Shown in pieces: positions 26,501 through 39,583 of a stretch of DNA of 64,000 bases. Source of the stretch: Raillietiella orientalis. Taxonomy: Eukaryota. Position numbers and translations under genes: made by a program. The notes under the pieces are model-generated. The model ran no database searches, was not told the origin of the DNA, and worked only from the letters and a program-made list of their open reading frames with translations. The first letter of the stretch is position 1; each line of letters begins with the position of its first letter. Location of the stretch: the NCBI GenBank assembly GCA_036172245.1, contig JAYWIR010000012.1, positions 434,001 to 498,000 on the forward strand, in the 5' to 3' direction.

Positions 26501-28200
26501 CTCGTAGGGCACACCCTACTTTTCGTTACAAGGCGTGGATTGGGTCGAAACGGTTCTAAAATGACACACCCTACATTGTTACGTCGAGCGTGTCCAGGGC
26601 GACCACAAATTACCCGCTGTACGAGGTGAACGTGTTGAATGACCACTCGACGTCGCAAGCGTTGCAGCGGCGTGGCGTCTCCGGAAGCTGCGGAAAAGGA
26701 CGTGCTCAAGTTATGGACCAAAATTATCCTTTACTGTCTCACTAGTAACGTGCGCATGCGTGTTGCACGACTCCTACCCGGATGCAGTCTCGCGAGGGAA
26801 GAACCTCCTGGAAGATGCTGCACTGCCCGTGAAGACTTTGAGCAGATGGCGATGCCGAAGGGAGGGTGGGACGTCGGAGGAGCGATCCCAGTCCCGGAAA
26901 AGCGGGCACAGGCTTCGCAGCTGCACCTTTCTCGGGAAAGACGTGGGTCCGCGCTTTCAGCGGCAAGGTCGCGCTGCACGCTCACTTCTCGTACGAGGTG
27001 AAAGTCGGAGAAGAACATCGAAGAAGAAACCTCAAAGGCGAGACAACTAGGAGGGTCATCTGCGTTTCCGCCTCTCCGTAAGGGCGCGAGGGTGTTAGGT
27101 TCGGAGGGCTGTACGTAGTGCCCGTCAAGCAACGTGTTCCTGCTCGTGATGCGTTACCCGCGCCGCGCGAGGACTGCAGGCGGCGCAGGGAACGACTTGG
27201 CTCGCTCGCTCGGCATTCGTCCCTCTCTGGATGTGTCCAAGGATTTCTGGAGCTTCCCTTCCTGTTCGACCTGTCGTGGGTTACCCTCATTCTTTCGAGC
27301 CTTTTCGCTGGCTTCCATCCCGTATCCAGAAGACCAGCACCCCTGTTCCCTTCTTTCTTACTGCCACTTGTTTCCACAGTTGTCGTCCACCAGCCCCGCT
27401 GCTCTGTCTGGCCTACCGAGCTCTGCGTCAGTCGTTTTGTTCTTGTTGCCGCACTGTTTCGCGCCGGAGGTCTTGTGCCCCAACTGTTTGAATCCTCTGG
27501 CGTAGTGACGAAACGGGAGGCTGCGATCTCCGTTACAGCATTGGTCCCAGGAGGTCGGAAACGACCTGACGGGAGAGAGCCAAGCGTCGAACGCGTATCA
27601 GGTCGCGCAGACCTTCGCCGCCTCCCGCGGAACGCCGAATTCCAGCTCCAGCTCCGGGCACTGAAAAAGCCCCGGCACGCAGGTTTGTCCCGACCGAGAT
27701 GACCCCCCCAGCGCCCAATGGAAGCCCGCAGGTTCGCACCTTGGCGACGACATGGGCCGGACGATGATGCCGTGCCAACGAGCAGCCCACATCCTCGCCC
27801 GCTCTCAGGTCGCCCCTTCGCCCCGGTGACCACGCGAGGACGTGTTCCCTCGTAGCTCCGCGGTCCGATTCAGGATCTAGCATTGAACAGCCCAGAGAGA
27901 GCAAGCGAGATCCCCCCCCCCCCCCCTAAGGTGCGTGCGTGCGTGCGTTGCCAGGCAGCCATGAATTTTCGATGGCGCCCTCATACGAGCGTCGCCGAGA
28001 ACAAGGAGGAGGAACACCAAATCGATTCCTTCCGCCATTTACGGGAGAGGCGTTTGGAAAAGGCAGTTGCCTTCGAGCAGATGCCTTTTCCTAAGGGAGA
28101 ATGACCGTCAAACCCGCACCAGGTGACAAACGGGAGTACGGAATTCGTTGATGATGCTGCTGCTTGACTAAGGCTTCCTTCTGCATGTCATCGCGCACAG

Positions 28201-28631
28201 ATCGTTTCCCCGTGACACTGCGATGTGATCCAGAATGCAGTTTGCGTAATCTTGAATGTCTATTTTTAGATGCCGATGGCAGCGGTCACTCGGATAAGAA
28301 GGTATTCGATTCCATAAGCACCAACGAATTCTTGGACGTCGACCGCAGCGAGTTCGATGCGTACTTGAAGGAGCAGGATGCAGATATCAAAGACAGTTGT
28401 GAAGAGACGCGAATCCAGCAAGGCTACTTGTGCCATCTGCTCCGAAGTGGAACGGAACACGCCAGTGCCAAAGGCAGTGATTTCGAGACGCTGAAGACTT
28501 TAAATAATTACCGCTTTTGTGATTACTGTCCTGATTCTGCTGAAGACGTGATTGCCCTAAAACAGGATGCTGTTTGTTCTAGTCTTATATCTGCACTGGC
28601 AGATGCTAGGGAAGTGTATTACAACGCTTGA
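28201..28631 (+). CDS. SoxF: SoxF last coding exon
   Basis: Phase-1 acceptor gcacag|AT at 28200/28201; a second in-phase acceptor tttttag|AT lies at 28269/28270. Encodes DVDRSEFDAYL (SoxF DxxEF[D/E]xYL motif) and the SoxF-type tail SLISALADAREVYYNA-TGA. Joined CDS is 1620 nt (539 aa), or 1551 nt (516 aa) with the downstream acceptor. Confidence 0.88.
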
Positions 28632-28980
28632 GGTCTGTTTACCCTGCGCCGAAGCGTGCGAATCGCATCTCTCCCCTCCGTGAACTGTGACCACTTTTGA
28701 AAGCAGACTGAATGCAGCAAACAGTGCGCCGTGCTCCCTTCGTTCCCTTGTCTTCCCGAAAGAAGAAAGGAGAAAGAGTGTTTTTTTTTTTTTTTTTCCA
28801 GGCGTGCACTCGGATGTTTTTGGCTCGGAACATTCCAATGAGTTGTCTTCCAACTGCCTTACAGCACAAACAGCCTTACGAAGTGAATGAAGACTTTTAG
28901 AGCGGTACGCTTTCTTTTAACACAACAGTTCGGCAATCGAAAACTGCGTTTGCTTGTTAACAATTATTGATTATGTAAGA

Positions 28981-28986
28981 AATAAA
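28981..28986 (+). promoter_or_regulatory. Candidate SoxF polyadenylation signal
   Basis: AATAAA ~350 nt after the stop, followed by a T-rich tract. Confidence 0.45.
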
Positions 28987-29063
28987 TCTTCTTTTTTTTT
29001 TTTTAGATGCTCGTTTCAGAGATTAGCAACAGTCTGCTTGCGCTGTTCCGTGGGTGGGGTCTG

Positions 29064-29760
29064 GTTTGACACCCGGTCACGCCGGGGCGTTTGTTTATTA
29101 AAAATAAAACTTGGACATCAGTGGCAAGATGCGTGACCATGCCACGTACAAAAGGTGCAGAAAGAAGCTGCCGAGAACCGGCTAGCAGGCCGGCGAACTT
29201 CGGCACTGCACTACAAGGGAAGGGGAAGCAAACGAAAAGAAAAAATAAAACAAAAACATACAGTCAAACGAATGGGGATGGCGGTAGTGGTTCGGGAAGG
29301 GATCACTGTGTGCTGGAGAGTACTCCTCTGCATCCTTGTAAGGATGCCGGCAAGTTCCTGTTTCACGATTGCCAGATGGGGCCATCTTGACGCTGTCCTC
29401 ATGAAGGGGACAGCAAAATAGATGGCGTCCCTATCGTTCTGGACTCCTCTGCAGTTACTCTATGCAGCCACGGTCCCGCCTAGCAGCACAGTGCTGCTAG
29501 GGATGCGGCCGGCATGAGGGTGTCGCGCAGAAAGTGGTGCTTTACAACGTCTCTGGCGTTGCCGCCGGGGGTTCCAAGGGTCGCGACAAAGCATTCCCAC
29601 ATGGAGCGGAGGGCAACACAATCCATAAGCAGATGCGGGAAGGACTCTCTCTCGCCTCACCTGCTGCAGTTTGGACTTACACTCTCCCAGGTCCAGTGAT
29701 GCCTGAGGGAGTTGCATGGGAAGTCCCAGTGACAAACGCTGACTCCTGCCCAGGGGTGGG
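29064..29760 (-). mobile_element. Decayed 3' fragment of the same non-LTR family
   Basis: Minus strand reads PNCSR*GERESFPHLLMDCVALRSMWECF and RWPHLAIVKQELAGILTRM, homologous to the 37779-38132 ORF. Ends in AATAAACAAACGCCCCGGCGTGACCGGGTG. Confidence 0.8.
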
Positions 29761-31377
29761 GTCTGGTAGGGAGGTATCGTCAAGCCACCTACTCCTAACG
29801 GAGCCGAGGCGAAGGGTTTCCCTGTCCGGAATACGAACCGAGGTCGCAGAAACATGCTACTCCCTAAACTGAAGAGTTGACTTGCACCCATGGGTAGCGT
29901 GGGCAGTGTTCCAAGAGCTTCACGAGCCTTCCCCAGGGAGGAGAGCCTTCCCTAGGCCTCTCGGCACTCAGTGAGACAAAAGAAAAAGAATGATGGAAGG
30001 AAAACAGAAGAACCCAGGAGGATTCCCGTCATCCTAGGGTCTCTCGCTGCCAACTCGGAAACTTTCGATTTTAGAAGGAGCTGAGGAAGAATTTCCTCCT
30101 CGCAAAGAAGGAAGATCTCTCTCGACCAGCTGTCTCTCGAGAGAGCAACAGAATCAACAGATCAGGCGGAGAACATCAGAGCATTGCGGAATTAATTAGG
30201 TTTAGATGTGGCTGTAATTTTTCGAAAATACGTGAAAACATGAACTTTCATAGGTTGGTTGAATCCTCCGGGAAGAAGAACAAGTTGACCAGCCCCGACG
30301 AGCAAACCAGGAAAACGCCACGTCGTCCACCGAGGGGGATTAACTTCCCTCATGGGGGAGGAAGAGGCTTTCACCACAAGCCACTCAAGAGTGAGGGTTG
30401 CAATGGTCGCCGAGCTACGAGACACAACGGATTCGCTCAGAAGAACCACCGGTAGCGACCGTCTTCGCAAAGCGCATCGCAGCGCAGCGAAGTTCTTATT
30501 CACCTCACTGCTAGTCAGCGATTCTTCCCCAGCGTCGGCACTTTGAGACGAAGTTCAAGAGGACATGCGGGAGAATGAGAAAAGAATTCTCTGAGAACCT
30601 TCTCAGTCTCGTCCACTCTTCCTGCGCCTTTCAGTTCTTTCACGGCGGACGGTGGGGCCATATCGAACGTGCAGTTCCTTTCTCGTGTGCCACGCCACCT
30701 TCAGTGTTCTACCTTCCATTCTCTCAGCATTTCTTCGTTTTCCAGATATAAGGATCCAACGGATGCTGGGAAGATTGCTCTTAGGATAGGCAAATCCTAC
30801 ACATACATAATAAGCACATACATTAATTTCCCATATTTCCTCTTCGTCCCTTGCTCTGGAGAAGGCCATGGGATTATCCAAAAATTTCCAAGAGCTAACT
30901 CGTTGGTGGCCAGGTCGATAACTTTCCTGGAGGGTAAATGCCTGCCAGGATGCCTAGAGGGCATTCTGCACAGACGGCATGTCTTCATCGAAGGCGGCAG
31001 CCCATAATCTATCCATCATCCACAGCTGGACGAACAGCAATGAGAAACCGTCGCGCATTTACTGATTAGCAATGATTCCAATACCAATGAAAACGATGGT
31101 TGTGTTCCAAAGCGCCTTCGATAGGGCAGCAGTTGCAGGGATAGCATTGCTCGCTGCCAAAAAACTGTTGCCTCTGGCCCATCAGGTGTTCCGGACAAAG
31201 TCAAATCCTCAAGTTCACGCTGCACCTGTTCACGTCTCCATGGCATGAGTTCTGAGGGCATCCCCGAAGCGAGGAAAACATCTACGAATTTCTGAACTTC
31301 CGCCTATGTTCGCATCGGTTAGTACCAGAGCATCTTCGGCATCCATATTCAATCGAGCGGAAGCGCAATCTATGCGC

Positions 31378-32539
31378 TGCCGATCAAAACCCGAATGCCG
31401 AAATCTCGATAGATCATAAAAAATACATACGTCTCCTTACTATATATGTTCATAAAAATTTATACATATAATAAAAAGATATGCAATGAATGCATAAACA
31501 TAGAATTATAAACACCTATGTTGACCGAACGATCAAAATCTCCAAAATAGTCCATCAGTTGTTGAGGAAGTTTCATTGGTTGCGTGTTGGGTACGACAGG
31601 AACATGAAGTACCAGATTTCTTTTTTTTTTCTTTTTAATTTGTCCCTTTATTTTTCCCACATTTCTATTATCTCCATTGTTTTTCTTATTTTTTATGATT
31701 TGATATTTACATATTCATTTAATATATGTTTGTCATATAGTAAAAATGTATTTATTTTTATCGTCTTTAATATATATATTGATGCATATTATTAATAAAT
31801 AACAATAATATATGCGTCAAGAAACATTAATAAATATGTATGTTTAAATGAGTTTGTATATTAATCTCTCTACATATATATACGTATACATATATAATAA
31901 GAATATATATCTATTTTTTATAATCTTATGCGCTAATTATATAGAGAGATGTATAAATTTACGTATAGAGTAATGTACATCATAAAAATGGTAAAAATAA
32001 ACATACTTACTCATGTATATACGTATAGATTAATATGCAAATCTGTTTTAACATACGTATTTATTAATATTTATTAAGACACACGTTTTCATGTGTCAAA
32101 TTTTCTTTTATTTTTTTTTCATTTTCATTTATTTTCCCCCCTATTTTTACTTGTCACCATTATTCTCCTTATAATTCGATATTTATATGTTCATTTAGGA
32201 TATATTTATTATACAGATAAATATACATAATAAGCACATACATAAATTCACCTTCATAATCTTATTTCTATTATTGAAATATTCACATATATTATTAATT
32301 TTATCAATAATGTGTATGTTAAATTTGCATATCACTCTGAATATAAATATAGATATTAATATGCATATTAATAAGCATGCATATGTTTTTTAATATCTTT
32401 ACAATACATATTAATCTATACACAATCAATATATAAACATACGTATTAATACATATAATGAATATATGAATAATTAGAAATATGTGAGTATATATTATAA
32501 ACATATACGTCTATTTTTATGGATTTCGATTGGACCCGG
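31378..32539. mobile_element. AT-rich non-autonomous DNA-transposon-like (MITE-like) element
   Basis: Left end GATCAAAACCCGAATGCCGAAATC; right end reverse-complements to CCGGGTCCAATCGAAATCC. The internal segment ~31525-31650 is homologous to ~61915-62040 (CAGTTGTTGAGGAA.TTTCATT). Confidence 0.55.
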
Positions 32540-33021
32540 TTTATCTCGTCCTTCACCTTCAGTCCGTTTCTAAGCATTTCCTCTCCTTTTACCCTTCTTT
32601 CTCATGGCCCTTCACCCCGTTTGGTTCGCGTCGCTCGGTGACTTTTGTGACTTTGTCTTTCCAGAAGTTCGCGAACCCTCGATGCTCCTCCCGTCGGTAG
32701 CTTTCACTTTCCTGTCGGAGATGCCTCTGGACCTCCAATCGAATACGAAGCTCTTGGAGTAGCGAGGAGGTCTCACCCACGTCTTCTTCCGGCGCTTCAT
32801 AGATCCATCCTCTCGATTGCGGCGATCCAGGGGGGTAAGCAGACAGCCCCCCCACCCGTGACACCCTCACATTCACGGAGTGGGATTCCAGGATCACGTC
32901 CAGCCGCTGGGGGCCGCCTGACAATCCTCAGATGCCTGCTTCAGTTTCCTGATTCGGTGTCTCAGGCTGACTCAGTATGGATGCTGAGTTCCCAAGGCCC
33001 TCAATCAGAGGGAGTGTACAT

Positions 33022-33395
33022 AGATTGACATGGGGATTGGCACGTGGATTAGTATGTGGGTTATCATGAGGCTAAAAATGTAGGTTAATGTGTGGATTTG
33101 GATTTGGGTTGACGGGAGATTATCATGTAGGGTAACATGTGAATCAAATTGTGGATAATCATATCGGTTAGCACGTGGATTAACATTTGGATTATCATGT
33201 GGCTAAAAATGTGAGCCAGTGCGTGGATTAGCATTTGGGTTAATATGTGGATAATCTTTTGGTTCAACTTGTGAATTAGCATGTGGATTAACTGTGGATT
33301 ACCTTCTAGGTCAACATTGGATTGAATTGTGAACAGACACATGAATGAACATGTGTGTTAACGTGTGGATTGGCATGTTCATTAACATGTGGGTC
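33022..33395. repeat. Degenerate 12-bp minisatellite, consensus GATTA(A/G/T)CATGTG
   Basis: Units such as gattagcatgtg, gattaacatttg, gattatcatgtg and gattggcatgtt; explains the HMLI-repeat ORF on the - strand. Confidence 0.85.
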
Positions 33396-35239
33396 AATAC
33401 GTTATACAGAGGGGTTGAGAGTTCCACCGACGCAATACGACCGACAGCGTGCCTCATAGGTGGGATCCCTGACACTTGGCAGGTCAGCCCGACGCCGCTC
33501 ACTTCTGCGCCAATGGTCGTGGTTGATAAAGATTTTCCTGAGCCAATGGCCATTCCTCCACTCCGAAGGCAGGCCTACTGCACCTACATTTAAGTACGAG
33601 TCCTATCAAAGGGAACGAGATGATCTCCCCGACAGCAGTGGGTATCCGAGTGCTCCTGTTTACCCACCTCTGCCCCTCACCCACAGCACCGCTGGGCAGC
33701 CAGAGGGCCCTGAGTTCCACGGCACGTTCGTATCTCCTGAGATTACGAACCTCATCCTTCCGTATCTCCGCTCTCGTATGACGAATCGGCAACCTGCCGG
33801 TGGGGGATGAGGGCCACAGGCGCATGAAGATCATGCCATCGTCCTCGATCACCACCGCGGGATCCACAAGGAGACTCTGTTGCCACTGACCCGGATCCAG
33901 AAGGACCTGCAATGCAAGAGGCTGGGCCGAGAGCCGCCCGAAGCTCACACGACGTCTCCTCCGGAGAGTAGGAAGGCGAAAAGTCCGCGGAGTTGCCTGC
34001 TCGCGACCCGGGTCCCGTTGAACTGTCAACACCGCGAAACGCTGCCGGCTCGTTGAATGGAGAACCACCGCCTTCCCCGATGAGACCGTCGGTGAGGTCA
34101 TTCGCTTGTGAAATCAAACAAACACCAGAAAAAAAGGCGCGCGCGCTTGCGCAGCGGTTGCGAACTGCGAGCCATTGGGAACGCCGCTGCCTTCGCACTA
34201 TCTGCTGAGCTTTGTTTATTTCGCGCCATGATGGGTCAATGGAGTAACCTCCCCAGAAGTTCCTTATCCTCCTGGAAGACTCGGTGACGCCGCATCAGGA
34301 GGACGCCTCGGTCATTGGACCAAGATCGGTTTGCAAGCTCAGCTCCGGCAAACTGGCATCCGGTGTCAGTTTATGGACCACGAAACGTTCCTGCACACCT
34401 CACCGTTCAGCGCAACTTCGGGAGTGAAAGAGTGCGCACGAGTGCCTGCGTTGAAGGCCACGTGGCGGCGGTCCCCGCCCGCGTGGCACCAAGCGTTGCG
34501 GCTTCAAATCCCCAGTGGAGGATCGATCCCGAGGGACTCCGCATCCTGACTCTGGAGAGAATGGAACGACAGCAGCTCCAACGTGGAAGGTTAGCCCTAG
34601 CGGCGAATTTTCGGAACATCTATCGGTGCGTCTCAGCCAGACTCCCTGCCAAGCGAGCAGCCGGCTCCGAGGGACTCGACATGTTCCTCGTGCGTGGCCA
34701 CCAAGAGTGGGCGCCAACCCCGGTAGATGGTCGCCATGGTCCAGGAGAACCAGTGGATTTCCTGCCGCTCTGCCAACCGTGGTGCCCGGAAACAGAAAAC
34801 GGGTCAGGCGTGGGTGGGAAGAAACGGCCGGAGCCATCGCGCTACCTGCGATTCTCGAACTGAGCTCGCTGCTCGCTGCAGGAAACCGTGGACTGCCCGA
34901 GGAAAGCCGCCTGGGCGCGGAACGCCCCACTTGCAACCACGCTCAACACAATCCAACAAATTGAAAATAGCGATGGCCTCGAGAGATGGGAAGTCTCCTG
35001 CAAAATGGCAGGAGAAAAGAAGCGGCTGGGATGCTGGACGGCTGACGCATCCACCCGCACTGCCCTCCCGAAAGGGATTCATTCGTCGCTGCGTAAAACT
35101 CCTGGACATTCCTCCTGAAGAGATACAGACTCCCCCAGTGTTTGTGGACAGCCCCACGCTTCCCTGAAGGACTCGGCATTGCAGTTGTTGCACTGGGCGA
35201 TCCCTTGCAACGCACGAGTCCCCCACTGGACAAGAGGGA

Positions 35240-35860
35240 GTGGGGAGTGAGTGCGGGGAAAAAGGGAAACCTTTCGCCACCTGGTGCTGGATTGTGTTGC
35301 CCTCCTGAGCGTCTGGGAACGCTTCGCTACGGCCCTCCTGCTGCCGATGGACAACGGCGGAGAGGTCTTGCGGCGCCTGCTCGCTCGGGACTCGACGTCT
35401 CCTGCAGCTTCGCTCGCGGCCCTGTGCACTGTCTTTGCGGGATCGTGGAGACGAGAAGCCACGCCGAAAGAGGCCGTTCGAACGGTGAAATCGTCCCCGA
35501 TCGCCTGCTGCTGCATGAGGAACGAGACAAGATGTCCACATCTCTGCCAACAAAAGGAGCGAGTTGCCAACATCCTCCAGAGGATGCTGAGGACACCAGG
35601 AAGAAATCCGTGATCCTTTCGACTCCTCCTAAACGTTTTTGGACTGAATTTTTGTGGGTTTTTTTGTTTTTGTTTACCCTTCCCCTACTCTTCCTGCGCG
35701 GACCTCATCAAATGAGAATCAGCTCCCCTGAGGCATTTCCTTCTCGTAGTGGACCTGCTGTGAAACCACCACGAAAAAAAGCATTTTTTACATTTTATAT
35801 GAGTGTTTTCTTTGTAAATATTTTTTTTAGGATGAATGTTCCGGAGTGTCCGGGTGAACA
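35240..35860 (+). mobile_element. Decayed 3' fragment of the same non-LTR family
   Basis: RETFRHLVLDCVALLSVWERFATAL...RCPHLCQQKERVANILQRM, a T-rich 3' UTR, and terminal motif variant GAATGTTCCGGAGTGTCCGGGTG. Confidence 0.75.
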
Positions 35861-36229
35861 TAAAGGATCCATGCCAGGGAAATAGGGGGTGCGCCATGGT
35901 TCGTGTTCCTCTCGCAAAATGACGCTGGCTGACCCTTAATCGGGGCAAGACACTGGGAGAATCTCGTAAAATCCGGATGCCCCCGTTGGCTGGCAGGGAT
36001 TGGAATTCGATCCCCCAGGGTACTTCCAGGAATCAAGGAGTTCCTTTGGAGTCCCCTTGTTGTGAGAATGGAGCCGTCTTTCCCTTCGGAAGGACCCTCC
36101 ATCGCGTACCAGGGAGCTGATGGATAGATACTTTTCCAGAGTGTGAAGAAACGTGCTGCTCCCTTCGGGGAAACTTCGGAAGCGTCCCTTCGGGGCTCTG
36201 TTCAGAGGAGGAACTCCCTCCGAAAAGGT

Positions 36230-36440
36230 TCCCAGGACCGCAGCAAAGCACTTCCAGAGGGGCCGGAGGGCAACACAGTTTACTAGCAGGTGGGGGAGGG
36301 ATTCATGTTCCCCGCACCTGACACAATTGGGGTCCACACACACCCGCGTCCATTGATGACAGCGGGCGTTGCAAGGGAAACCCCAGTGCAGCACCAACAG
36401 CGCCGAGAGTCAGTACCCTCCTGCCGGGGATACGGCAGGG
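36230..36440 (-). mobile_element. Short inverted fragment of the non-LTR ORF2 zinc-finger region
   Basis: VLHWGFPCNARCHQWTRVCVDPNCVRCGEHESLPHLLVNCVALRPLWKCF. Confidence 0.8.
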
Positions 36441-36479
36441 CAACAGCTTGAGCTCTTTGCTCTTCAGCACCTACTTTGA

Positions 36480-38374
36480 GCTCGTGCTGAGGCGTACAGG
36501 GAGACTCTAGCTCGTCTGCCGTGCGTGTGCTCGGTACACCGGCCGTGTCTTCGTATGCGGACGATCTTCTGCTGCTGCTCCCCATGTCCACCCCCGCGTG
36601 GGCGCTCGAAGATTTCTTCGAGCTGTCAAGCCGCAGGACAGGACTAGAGGTGAACAGGGCGAAGTCGTCCATGGTTGCAGTCGATTTGTCGTGGACAGGG
36701 CAGCAGGACTGGTTCCTCCTAGGGATCCCCACGGTGCGGTACTTCAAGTACCTCGGTGTGCCGCTGGGGGACTACTCTTCGGCGGAAGTGTGGTCCAGCT
36801 GCCTCCAAAAGGCCGAGAAGGCGATCGTCCCGTTCCTGGATGGCGAGTTTTTCTTGCCATAACGGGCCGTGGTGCGGAACACGTTCGTGGCCCCCCTTTT
36901 TCGCCACTTGCTTTTCGTTTGCCCTCCACCCTTTGGTGTAAAGAAGCGGACGAAGGACCTCCTGAGGGTCGCCCTTTGGGGCAAAGGGAGGTCCCGAGTC
37001 CGCCTGAAGGATTTGTGCGCTCCGCGTCGCGACGGAGACCTCGGCCTCCTGGCGCTGGAGCGTCTGGGTCTGCAGCTCCAGTTCAGGACTTTAGCCCCAG
37101 TGGCGAAGTTGTGGAGCGCCAGCTGCTGCGAGCCCGCACGATACCTGGTTCCTCCAGCCAGCGGCTGCGCGGCACTGTCTACCTTCCCAGCGCGCCGCAA
37201 ACGTCGGTACCTGTTCCACTGCGGACTGGAGCTCCGGCGAGTGATCAAACTGACCAGGATGAACACCTGAATCTCCTGCCGGGCCGCGAACGGCACTTCC
37301 TGGTTGCAGGAAAGCCTTCGCATATGGGCCCAGATTGAGGGAGCGAGCCCGGAGTTGCGGCAGCGACTGCTGAACTCCTTTTACAACAGCTGCTCGCTGC
37401 AGGACATGATCGTGCAGCCCGCATCGAGTGCGTGGGCTGAGAGGACCTCCCTAGCCGCGGCTCTGCCCTACCTCAGGGAACACCTGGGTAGTAGTCAGCC
37501 TCGCAAAGTGGGAGGTCCGATGCAGACTCTTGTCGAGAGAGAGAGAACAAGGTGGTTGGACCACGGGCCAGCTAACTGACGCTGTGACCCCAAGTGCCCT
37601 ATCGAAGGGATTATTGCGCTAGGAAGAGCTGCTGAGCATCCCGCTTGATGTACTCCAGTGGTCCCTAGTGCGGAAGAATACCCGGACCCTCCCCCTGAAG
37701 TGGCAATAGTCGGCGTTTCTGGTGTTGCATTGGGGACTCCCCAGCAACGCCCGCCGATCTCACTAGACGAAGAGGGCAGTGGACCCGAATTGTGTCAGGT
37801 GTGGGGTACGGGAATCCCTTCTGCACCTGCTTGTTGACTATGTTGCCCCCCGGACCCTGTGGTTGCGCTTTGCAACGGCCCTAGGTGCACTCTTGAACTC
37901 TCCCAGAGACGTATTCAAGCGCCTCTTTGTGCGCGACGTCCTTTCTCCTGCCTCAGCCCTAGCAGCCCTTTTCTGCTTACGTGCGATTGTAGCGGTTTGG
38001 AGCAACGCCACTGATGGACCGCACGATAGGGACGCCATCTGCTCCACCCTACGCTTCCTGAATATGGCAGCCGGATGGTCCCATCTGGGACACATACGGA
38101 TGGAGCTTGCCAGCATCCTGGAAAGGATGTAGAGGGCGGCTTGCAGTAGAACGTGATCCCTTCCCTAGCCCACCCCTGCTTTTGTAAATAGTGTCTGCTT
38201 TATTTCTCTTTCTGTTTACCCCCTCCCCCTCCACTGCCGAGTCGAACCTCGCCAGCCTGCTTTCCGGAGACTCACTCAAGTTCCGAACACTTTCGGACGC
38301 TGTAGGACCTATAGCCCCACACATGCTTGTTTGTTTATTAAAATAAACTCCCCGGTGCACCCGAGTGTCAGAAC
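36480..38374 (+). mobile_element. 5'-truncated, decayed L1/Tx1-type non-LTR element (RT 3' half to 3' end)
   Basis: SYADDLLLL, GLEVNRAKS, FKYLGVPLG, LWGKGRSRVRLKDLCAPRRDGDLG, finger remnant CVRCGVRESLLHLLVD. Several stops; 3' terminus AATAAAC-TCCCCGGTGCACCCGAGTG. Confidence 0.88.
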
Positions 38375-39583
38375 AGTGCCGACTCCTGCCACTTCAGGGG
38401 GAGGGTACGGGTGTCCTTGAGCACTAGGAGCCACTTCAGGTGTTCCAGAGGGACATCCAGTAGCTCCCCCCAGCCCAAGAGTTCATGGGGTGGTGTGCTC
38501 AGGGTCGAAGCGTCGTTGAGCGGACCGGTCTTCCACTCACCTAGTCCTTTCTACTTTCCAGAGGTGGTCACCTTAACTTCCCATTTCGCCGCAATGCTGC
38601 TGCTCAGCTGTTTCCTGAGGGAGGGCAGCGCTACAATAAGGAGGTTCTTCCTGCCCATGTGCTTCTTCCGAGATCCCCCAGGATCCCTTGGAGCGCGCAG
38701 CGGCTGTTGCGCACGAACAGGAAACGGCGCACCTGTTCCGTGCGTTTCTCCTGGCTCCTCGCCCACGTGTGAACTGTTTCCTGTAGTCAGGTGCTACCGT
38801 TCGCAGGGAGGACACCCTCCGAAAGGAGGGTCTTAATGCCCAGCAAGCCGCAACGTGCGCGGGGGTGTGGAGAAGTCCTGACGGGAACATGGCGTGGTCA
38901 GCTGTGGACTCCAAAAGCAGGAGCGAGGACACCCTGATCACTGCTGCACGCCTTCCCCCTTTTACCCGGGGAAGGCAAGGGCATCTCTGGGCTTGCGTTT
39001 GCGCACTGAAGAGGTTCAAATCCGTGCCGGAAGGAACTGCACGTCTTTCACATTTCTTACAAGTCGCACCTTGAGAGCCCGTTTTTTAGTCCAGGGAGAT
39101 CTTCATCTTGCGATGGGGAGGAAAAAAAAAAGGGAAAACTGACGACTTCGATGCTCGGTTTTTTAAAGACGGTGGTGGAGGTCGGTGAGTGAGGGTGTGA
39201 GATGGCGAGTGGGCAAGTGGCAGCGAGACCAGCCCCCAATGATGCGAAGGTCTCGGAAGCCCACAGAGGTGCAGACAGTGGTCCCGAAGACCTGGAACTC
39301 TTTAACGAGGTTCCACGGCACCTGAGGGTGAGTGTTGATACTCCAAGTCAGAAGCGACCCCGGAGGGACCACCCTATGAAACCCGGAAGGCATCGGAGGA
39401 AGCAGTCCGTTCCTCATACGCTTGGGAGGAAACCCCGAAGGGAATTAATTCTTGCCCTGGTTGTCTCCTGAGGGAGCACTGAAAGCAACCGCCGCCCTGG
39501 TTGTCTCGAAAGGAAACCCTGAAGAGAACCGCCGCCGGCTGAAGCAGTAGTGTTCCGTGAAACGAGTGGCGATGGATGGATGG

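Noticed and set aside
33022..33395. CRISPR-like array or HMLI-repeat protein
   Set aside because: Contiguous degenerate 12-mers with no spacers, in a eukaryotic context.
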